Made by a program: the position numbers and the translations under genes | In this document: positions 30,501 through 38,622 of the stretch, one piece after another | Layout: each line of letters begins with the position of its first letter | Numbering within the stretch: position 1 is the first letter of the stretch | The notes under the pieces: model-generated | Told to the model about the DNA's origin: nothing | The model's database searches: none | The model's input: only the letters and a program-made list of their open reading frames with translations | Assembly: GCA_964187785.1 (NCBI GenBank) | Contig: OZ076411.1 | Coordinates: forward strand, 25,321,379-25,360,000 | DNA: 38,622 nucleotides | Direction of reading: 5' to 3' | DNA from: Amphiscolops sp. MND2022 | Taxonomy: Eukaryota

Positions 30501-30834
30501 ACGTATTCCGAAAAAGCACATAACTTGCAAGACAGTGAATCACGTGATCGATGAAGTTGTTTAGTTTACCTGCCCGAACTGACTGCCTGACAACAACTGG
30601 ACCAGGTTGTGCAGATGAACTGACGATGGAAGTACCAGCCTCACCCACAACGGCAACATTTCCAGATGACTCGGCAACGTCTTCATCATCAAGGATCATC
30701 GCATCTGCCTTCGCCGCTCATCCTCAGGGACTGCCTCAATGTCCTCTGACTCCCTGGAAGGCGACTCCACCACGAACTCACGACGCGTCTGTGTTGCTAC
30801 ATCACGTGACGACTCCGACGCTTCCGGTCCACAG
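27565..30834 (-). pseudogene. Antisense multi-exon accessory gene: acidic N-terminal region, C2H2 (BED/TTF-like) finger, putative inactive hAT-transposase-like fold; frameshifted and 5'-truncated by the 3' LTR
   Basis: Consecutive minus-strand ORFs with in-phase GT-AG introns: 30569-30280, 29717-29541 (phase 0, KEDVV|ALLIF) and 28736-28695. C-x2-C-x16-H-x5-H at about 30178-30099, split by a frameshift near 30146. The hAT assignment is by-eye inference. Confidence 0.7.
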
Positions 30835-32609
30835 TGTCATGCCAGCATGATGGAAATTCAATCTACTAAATATCTGTAATGTAAATATTATGTCTTATAT
30901 ACTTAGATATGGGCAATACGATGTCATATAATAAGATCCATGGTTGTGAGCAACCCTACGTTACTTGTACTTAACCCCCTATTTTCCCCAGTGAGATTTG
31001 AGCTATTTATTTAATTAATACTGAGCATTCTAGTTCCGTTTGTCCGCAATTAGTGATTGTGCTAATAAGCAAATGATGCTATTCTACGTTTAATGGCTTG
31101 TCACGAGGAAAGAAAGTAGTTTCTCGGTCAAACTGGACCGCAATGACAAATAGACGAGATTGAACACTCGCTAGGGAATTCCCGCCTCCGAGGAAACTAG
31201 CGTGGCAAGTCTCATCTCTTTGAAATACACGAAACGATAAAATAACGATGTTATTGGTGCTAGAACTGATAATTTGACCCAATCTAACAAATTTCATCCA
31301 TGTTACATCGCCTAACTGTGACCAGAACGCTAGAAAACGAGAGAATTGAAACACGATGTAAAAGCGATGAAACTATTTGATTGAGTGCTTGTTACCATAT
31401 GTTTCATCATTTGTACATCGCTCACGCCTCCAAAACCTGAAAACGGTGCTAAAATAGCTAACGATGGATAAACGATGGAAATCTTTGATCGTTTTCTCAT
31501 CTAGAGCTGAATCACGCTTCCCAGACCTGAAAACAGTGCTAAAATCAGGAACGATGGAAAAACGATGGAAATCTTTCATCGTTTTCTCATCTATAATCAA
31601 AATTCACCAATAACGATGGTAAAGCGATGTAACCACTCCTGAACGATGCACAGTGCTCTCCCCACCACTCATTTCATCGTTTTCACATCTAGTTGATCGT
31701 TATAACACTAGAACAAAGCTCATTCATCATTCCTGCATCCACAGCCACATAAACAGAATCAACTAGTAGAAACGATGCCAAAACGACAAAACTACTGAAT
31801 CCCGTATCTCCAGTTAAATTAGCGCTATTGATTCATCGTTTTTACATCATACTTGTTTAAAGTTGATTTAATCGACCCCCAGCTGGATTGTACCCCATTT
31901 TGATGTGATTTCGACACTTGCCGTGACTCAGACGATCCTTACTACAAGTTACTAATTTGAATGCATTAAATATTCATAGTAATTGGTTTAAATAGATTCA
32001 GCGCGCAATTTCAGCTTGGTAGCCCTCCAGCGACATGCGATACAACCGGTCTAGTGACCAAGTGCTAATTAGCACCTTGCTAACTAACCAATAAGAACGA
32101 AACGATGGTAAGAATTGAGTCTTACCATCGAACTGGTGGAAGGCTACCGGAGAGACAACACAAGATTTACTAACGCTACATTGTACAAGTACTTATATTT
32201 ACTTACCCTTTATACGTACCTTACTCGAGCTTACAACAATTCAACTCTTATCCACAACAATCATCTCTTTCTCATCGTATGAGTTCTAATTCCCAAATAA
32301 CCTTGAGAAACGGGAAAACGTTAACTGGCACTACTTCAGTAGATTCAACAGAACTTACTCACGAGGAGCAAATCGTTAACATGGAAAATGACAACGAAAA
32401 TGTATATGATCAAACCCAATCAAGACAAAATTCATCAGGTCCAGAGATAGATTCACAGAGGGCAAATGATGAAAGATTTAGCCACCTACAATCAGAAATG
32501 TCTATGCTGAAAGCTATGATGGAAAAGTTGCTAGAACAAAACGAGGAGAGAAATAGACAAACGGATACCAATGCCGCAACGTCCTCGTTCGCGGTACGGT
32601 CGTCCAACA
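30835..32609 (+). repeat. 3' LTR (1,775 bp)
   Basis: Same termini as the 5' LTR, followed directly by the TSD ATCAT. Confidence 0.97.
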
Positions 32610-32623
32610 ATCATATCCCATAA
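32279..32623 (+). CDS. LTR-encoded Gag N-terminus (110 codons) in the 3' LTR, running 4 codons into flanking DNA
   Basis: Identical to gag residues 1-110 except D43Y. Ends at TAA 32621-32623 in host sequence. Confidence 0.6.
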   Translation: MSSNSQITLRNGKTLTGTTSVDSTELTHEEQIVNMENDNENVYDQTQSRQNSSGPEIDSQRANDERFSHLQSEMSMLKAMMEKLLEQNEERNRQTDTNAATSSFAVRSSNNHIP

Positions 32624-35415
32624 AAAAACTTTCTGTCAGCACTGAGACTTTTTCGAGAGGAATCTATCTGAAAATTTTTTTCTCTTTTTGTTTTGTTAAG
32701 TGAGATAGGCGTTTGATAGTGATATATCCGCTTCTATATATCTAAGCAAATATAGTGAGATCATAGACAAAAACATTATTTAATTTGTGATAACCTCTCT
32801 ATGGATAACTTGTCCTGTGGTATTGAAATTTGGGTGCAAGCAACTTTGTTGAAACAGTTCAAACTGAGCAGCAAACTGATAAAATTATTGTAGCACTCAA
32901 AGCTACTTGAAAAGCCAACACAGAACAAAAAATCCACAATTTGCATAACAAACTATCCAAATTGATGCGGAGTTTTCACGGGAAAACTACAGGTTGATGT
33001 GGAAGCTGCCGGTTTTGTTTGAATGATGTTTTAAATGGCAGCGCGAAAGCAAGTGAAAGAATCAAGGCGGCAGAAATGATTGATGAGAATAGGAGCGTCA
33101 ATCGAGTGAACGAAGCAAAAAAGAAGCGACCAGCCAGATCGCTAGAACAACGAAATCAGACGAAACCAAACAGGATTAGTCTTAATAGCACCAAATTGAA
33201 AGTGAAATGAGTCAGAGGCTCTCAATTCCCGTAATAAATTACGCGGCAAATACTATCATCCGAAAAATCATCATTTTAGTGAAAAATATAACAGAACCAC
33301 GAAAAGCCGGTTTTCTATTTGAAAAATTCCATGTTATCCTTAGATGAAAGAAATTTACTTTACATAGATAATCGCCTTGTTATCCCGCAAACTAAGTGAG
33401 TAATGATCATGTGTTTGCAATTCTGACACCCATGCGGGGTTGCCATGCTAAGTATGGTATTTGACATTTGGTGGCATAAGATTCATCAGGAGCTGACACA
33501 TCCGACGAGAATGTGCGGACAATGCTTTCAAGCAGGTGAGAATTTGAAATGTATTTTTAAACAGAAACAAACAAGAAAATTACGGAAAGAATAGAGATGA
33601 ATGAGGTGTTAGCATAGAAATAAATTTTTCAGGACCGGTTCAGACATTCTTTCAACATTCAATCTGCATTGTTTTCAACTGAGATTCCATCAGTTATACT
33701 ACAACACTAAGAGATTGCTGGAATATCTAACTTGGTTTAGGAACGCTCTAGTGAAATGAAAGACTTCTGAGCCTTATTACAGTTTTTGAGCAACTTCAAA
33801 CAGTTCGTCAGTCCTGCTCGAGAACATTCATCAAAATATAATGAAAAAATGATTGTAAAGATGAATTCACGTCTTCATAAAGTCAAAACCATTTCCATCA
33901 GAAAACATGTGCTTTTGATGCTGTTATACCGAACACTGGAGATCAGAAATGCAGGTTGAGGAACTCAGAGCAAAAAATTGATAGAAACATGTATGATAAC
34001 ATTTAAACATAAACAAATGTTCATCATATCCCATAAAAAAGCTTTCTGTCAGCACTGAGACTTTTTCGAGAGGAATCTATTTGAAAACTTTTTTCTCTTT
34101 TTTTTTGTTAAGTGAGATAGGCGTTTGATAGTGATATATCCGCTTCTATATATCTAAGCAAATATAGTGAGATCATAGACAAAAACATTATTTAATTTGT
34201 GATAACCTCTCTATGGATAACTTGTCCTGTGGTATTGAAATTTGGGTGCAAGCAACTTTGTTGAAACAGTTCAAACTGAGCAGCAAACTGATAAAATTAT
34301 TGTAGCACTCAAAGCTACTTGAGAAGCCAACACAGAACAAAAAATCCATAATTTGCATAACAAACAATCCAAATTGATGCGGAGTTTTCACGGGAAAACT
34401 ACAGGTTGATGTGAAAGCTGCCGGTTATGTTTAAATGATGTTTTAAATGGCAGCGCGAAAGCAAGTGAAAGAATCAAGGTGGCAGAATTGATTGATGAGA
34501 ATAGGAGCGTCAATCGAATGAACGAAGCGAAAAAGAAGGGACCAACCAGATCGCTAGAACAACGAAATCAAACGAAACCAAACAGGATTAGTCTTAATAG
34601 CACCAAATTGAAAGTGAAATGAGTCAGAGGCTCTCAATTCCCGTAATAAATTACGCGGCAAATACGATCATCCAAAAAATCATCATTTTAGTGAAAAAAT
34701 ATAACAAAATCACGAAAAGCCGGTTTTCCATTTGAAAAATTCCATGTTATCCTTAGCTGAAAGAAATTTACTTTACATAGATAATCGCCTTGTTATCCCG
34801 CAAACTAAGTGAGTAACGATCATGTGTTTGCAATTCTGACACCCAGGCGGTGTTGTCATGCTAAGTATGGTATTTGACATTTGGTGGCATAAGATTCACC
34901 AGGAGCTGACACATTCGACGAGAATGTGCGGACAATGCTTTCAAGCAGGTGAGAATTTGAAATGTATTTTTAAACAGAAACAAACAAGAAATTTACCGAA
35001 AGAACAGAGATGAATGAAGAGTTAGCATAGAAATAAATTTTGCAGGACCGTTTCAGACTTTCTTTCAACATTCAAACTTCATTGTTTTCAACTGAGATTC
35101 CATCAGTTATACTACAACACTGAGAGATTGCTGGAATATCTAACTTGGTTTAGGAACGCTCCAGTGAAATGAAGGACTGCTGAGCCTTATTACCGTTTTT
35201 GAGCAACTTCAAACAACTCGTCAGTCCTGCTCAAGAACATTTATCAAAAAAAGTGAGAAAATGGTTGTAAAGATGAATTCACGTCTTCATAAAGTCAAAA
35301 CCATTTCCATCAGAAAACATGTGCTTTTGATGCTGTTATACCGAACACTGGAGATCAGAAATGCAGGTTGAGGAACTCAGAGCAAAAAATTGATAGAAAC
35401 ATGTATGATAACATT
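32610..35415 (+). repeat. Two units of a ~1,413-bp tandem repeat (32610-34022 and 34023-35415), derived partly from decayed Gypsy RNase H/integrase sequence
   Basis: atcatatcccataaaa recurs at 32610 and 34023. The units are highly similar but not identical. Remnants HK(K)A-LSALR and YIDNRLVIP...WWHKIHQE...QAGENLK. Confidence 0.9.
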
Positions 35416-35469
35416 GTACAATTGTGTTACGATACTTCAGTAAATCAAAACGCTAATTCTCTCACTCTA

Positions 35470-35800
35470 ACTCGCGTGAAGCCGAGATTGGAACTTGTGC
35501 CCAAAATGGCCAAAGTTTGAGGGAAACTGATTCTTACAGTAAAAATAATAGACTGTCAGGAGAACTGAATTAAAGAATCACACAAAAGATGGGAAATTTT
35601 ATGAGTGCTGTAAGTTCCCAGGTCCAAAGGGCTATAAATGAAGAAATAAGTGATCAAATATTGCCTCAGATCCAAGCTACATTAAGGTCCGGACAGGGAC
35701 CGATGCCAGAGAGAAGATGGGAAGTTCCAGTTAGAGGACAGGGGTACAGATCTGAAGAAGTCTTAAATCGTAGATTCAGAAGCAACTGGTTCAAACAATT
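35470..35800 (+). pseudogene. Fragment of an unknown coiled-coil ORF, probably transposon-derived
   Basis: Reads SNSREAEIG...RLSGELN*RITQKMGNFMSAVSSQVQRAINEEISDQILPQIQATLRSGQG with one in-frame stop. No splice context and no family recognised. Confidence 0.35.
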
Positions 35801-36033
35801 TCTACACTCATCATACAACAAATCTCATCATTATTATTTTCGACATCAGGTTTGCTGATTCCTTTCACGAGACATCAGCATTAAATTTTCATGATAGTCA
35901 AATTGTTTGAAATTGTTTCATTTTAAGGGGCGTGAAAATATCAGAAAAATTGCTTTCAAAAACAGCTAAACATTGGCTTAATTAACACGAAATAAATGTC
36001 AGAAAGCATTTTAAAAGAATTACTTTGTTGTTT

Positions 36034-36306
36034 TGTGACGATATGGATGACGGCGTAACTCACCCAAAAGTCACCCAACAACTGAATGGAGAGTGAGTTA
36101 CGAGTTTAATGGTAACTAAGTCGATGGTAAGAGTGAGTGGGTCATCGCCAGATGGTTGATTCATCCACGTCATGGCTGCTGCTGTTGGTGGCTGGCTTTA
36201 TAGTGCTGTGCTTGTTGCCCTACTGGCTCCTCAATCTCATTCTCTCTATTGTCGGCGTTCTCTTAATGATTATTCGGCTCTTGTTATGGTTAGCTACTAA
36301 GTAACA
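36034..36306 (-). mobile_element. Candidate solo LTR (273 bp)
   Basis: The minus strand reads TGTTAC...CGTCACA with near-inverted termini, an internal TATAAA followed by ATTAAA. No PBS or PPT, and no matching TSD. Confidence 0.5.
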
Positions 36307-37448
36307 TACAGACTGTTCAGAGATCAAGATGATGAAATGAAAGGCCACAATTTTTTTCTGTCAAACGGAAAGTTCAGAAACTTTGCAGAGATACTGATAC
36401 GAGAGGGATATTTCAGATATTCTAAACATCAAGAGTCTTTTACTTTGGTTTTTCGTTCGTGTTTTCTCTCCATTAATCCATTTCAGGATATTTTTCTTGA
36501 TTTTGGCTCTAGAAAGTTTCACCTTAATCTGTGAACATCCTGAACATTTTCTTCTACTCAACATGAAAAAAATACCTCGTTAACTGGGCAGCTAGAGAAA
36601 TCTTTTCGCAAAGTTGTACTGTATTTGCTGTATTAAATCAATTCAAGGAGTCTTTTCCCTCGGAGAGTGAAAAAAACTTGTTGTTTCAAGTTTTTTTAAG
36701 AACAGAAGGAAAATATAATGCCTAGATTCTCATTGTTTTCAACTCAAAAGTTGGCGAAGTTACCTTCGAATGTTTTAGGTTTGCGTTAAAAGTAGCGAGG
36801 AAATTTTTTTCGATCCTCCGCAGCAGATCATAAAATTGATGGCAGTGATAAGCCCCGCTCTGACTTCCTTCCATGGACACCAACTGTCATCCGAGTTCTG
36901 CAATCCCCTCAACTCCTCTGCCTTCCTATGTTTCCTGAATCTACCTCCTTCACATCACAACGAAGTAGGTATTGTACCTTCAGATGTTTCAACTCTGTTT
37001 TTCTATACGGTAATTTTCAACAATTGATAAAAAAATATTAAGTCGCAAAAATCACCGTATGTTATCGAATAAACAATTTCTGGTGAAAGTTTGCTAACCA
37101 GAAATAATTTGTCAAAATTTCTTAGCTTCTTGGTTTTTAATCCATTTTCTACCAAAACTTGATAACTAAAACGATAAAAGTAGAAGCCAATAAGCGAGTG
37201 TCCGTCTGCAAAGCTAAGAGTTTCTTGTAAAAAATGAAACATCCCAACAAAAACGAAAATTCGCCATATTTATCAAAAATTTGACTTGAAACAATTAACT
37301 GTCAACGTCTCAACCCAAGGGGATTTCCTATTCAAAGTCTAGGTTTTGTTGCTTGATAATTTTATATCTTTTGTATTCATCTCTATATTGTTTTCATCGA
37401 ATGGCGGATAAATTCAATTGAATTCAATTATTACTGTACGTTTTGCAG

Positions 37449-37596
37449 CCCATCCGGATCTCCTTCGACCTGAGTGACACGATTACGGTGAACTGGATTG
37501 TGTACCAGCACCTGCCCTTTGACCAGTACTCGCCAGAGTCTCTCAAGACATATGAAAGCATCTGGGAGTCACACTTAATGTCCGATTGTTACGCTG
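37449..37596 (+). CDS. Isolated internal exon of an unidentified host gene (PIRISFDLSDTITVNWIVYQHLPFDQYSPESLKTYESIWESHLMSDCYA)
   Basis: Acceptor gttttgcag|, donor |gttagc, 148 nt open (phase 0 to 1). GC3-rich codons stand out against the AT-rich flanks. Confidence 0.6.
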
Positions 37597-37752
37597 GTTA
37601 GCCTCCCCCCCCCCATAATAGAACTGCTGCTCCAAACAGAAGTCACATAATCCCACATGTCAGAATGAAGTGATTAACGCCTAGGTGAAAATACCACTTT
37701 CGGGAAAAAAGGTTTACTTCAAAAGGGGGAAGAAACAGTTAATGGCTTCTTA

Positions 37753-38380
37753 CATCCCGGGTCGACCCTCCATGGATATCTTAGAAAGATCTTGGCAAGA
37801 TCTTACCAAGATCTTGAAAAATCTTAGCTAAGATGGTGACAAGAATTGCAAAATATCCAAAAATTGCAAGATATCATGGTAAAATCTTATCAAGACAGTC
37901 ATGTTTCCAAGAAAAATCTTGCTAAGAAGCCCAATATGGCAAGAAACATCTTACTAAAAAGCCAATTATATCAAGAAAAAACTTGCTACGAACTGCTTGA
38001 TATCAAGAAAAACTAGAATCAGAAAACCACTAAATTAAAAGTTCTGCAAAAATAATCTAGATATCACTCAAAACAAAATTACTGGATGACCTTTACAACC
38101 ATTACAAACCAGAACGACGATATTTTCTCAATTTCATAATGAAAACCCCTGAAAAGACCTTGTACGTTGGTTTTCATTTCACAGGAATAAGCTCTAAAGC
38201 TACTGGAAAAAGGTCTAAAATTCTTATATGAATGTAACTATTTTCAGCCTTCCTGATAGAAATTTTGAAACCTTAGAACTTTTTCAATCTTGGGGTAATG
38301 ATTTGCCAAGATGTAGTAAGAATTTGGCGAGTTCTTGCCATGGCATCCAAGATGCCAGTAAGAGGGTCAATCCGGGATGG
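37753..38380. mobile_element. MITE (~630 bp) with CAAGA/TCTTG-rich interior
   Basis: TIRs CATCCCGGGTCGACCCTC (37753-37770) and GAGGGTCAATCCGGGATG (38362-38379) match 16/18. TA at 37751-37752 and 38381-38382 (one extra G on the right). Confidence 0.7.
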
Positions 38381-38622
38381 TATTCTTTATGGTCTAAACC
38401 TGGTGTCAACAAAACTTAACATAGAATTTCAGACAAAGAAATTTTAGTTCAGCAAAGTTCAGACAAAGGAGTGATTCTCAAAAAAATTTTTGAGTAATTT
38501 TTTCTTCAGCTTTAGAATGAAAGCTAGCTTCTGACCTCTTCAATTTTCACACAAATCGACAGCATAAGGCCATAGAGCTTGGTTGAATTTAGAAAAATAG
38601 AAAAAAACTACTAGAATAGTGG

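Larger units (their letters stand above)
17923..32609 (+). mobile_element. Gypsy/Ty3 LTR retrotransposon, 14,687 bp, defective, with an antisense accessory gene
   Basis: TG...CA LTRs, 5-bp TSD ATCAT (17918-17922 and 32610-32614), PBS, gag, and pol in the order PR-RT-RH-INT. The empty-site sequence gttcATCATatccc is visible in the neighbouring array unit at 34019-34032. Confidence 0.97.

Noticed and set aside
27565-30834. Antisense ORFs as an env gene
   Set aside because: Wrong strand for env. No signal peptide, furin site or clear C-terminal transmembrane anchor seen; a Zn-finger motif is present instead.
30815-30834. Polypurine tract before the 3' LTR
   Set aside because: The sequence is pyrimidine/GC mixed (gacgcttccggtccacag); no PPT is present.

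Overview
Eukaryotic, AT-rich and very repeat-rich invertebrate genomic DNA with two N-gaps near the start. The repeat style reminds me of acoel flatworms, but I cannot confirm that from sequence alone. Contents in order: a LINE 3' end duplicated around a gap; a dead MULE transposon; a 4-exon GDP-L-fucose synthase gene (GFUS/TSTA3, 320 aa) whose large second intron holds LINE and Tc1 relics; an apparently exact 2,477-bp tandem duplication covering the GFUS 3' end and a TA-flanked MITE that carries a tRNA-like unit; a 14.7-kb Gypsy/Ty3 LTR retrotransposon (17923-32609, TSD ATCAT) inserted into a ~1.41-kb tandem array; then a solo-LTR candidate, an orphan host exon and another MITE. The Gypsy element is the most interesting part, for four reasons. 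(1) Gag starts 110 codons inside the 1.78-kb LTR and reads through the PBS. (2) After integrase it carries a spliced antisense gene with a C2H2 (BED/TTF-like) finger that looks like a catalytically dead hAT-transposase derivative. (3) The LTR, the post-integrase spacer and pol linkers carry many fixed-spacing CGATG-N6-CGATG-N9-CATCG-N6-CATCG motifs, which suggests a self-encoded protein/operator system. (4) The 3' LTR looks like a recombinant hybrid and has no PPT. All alignments, counts and family assignments were made by eye, without tools.
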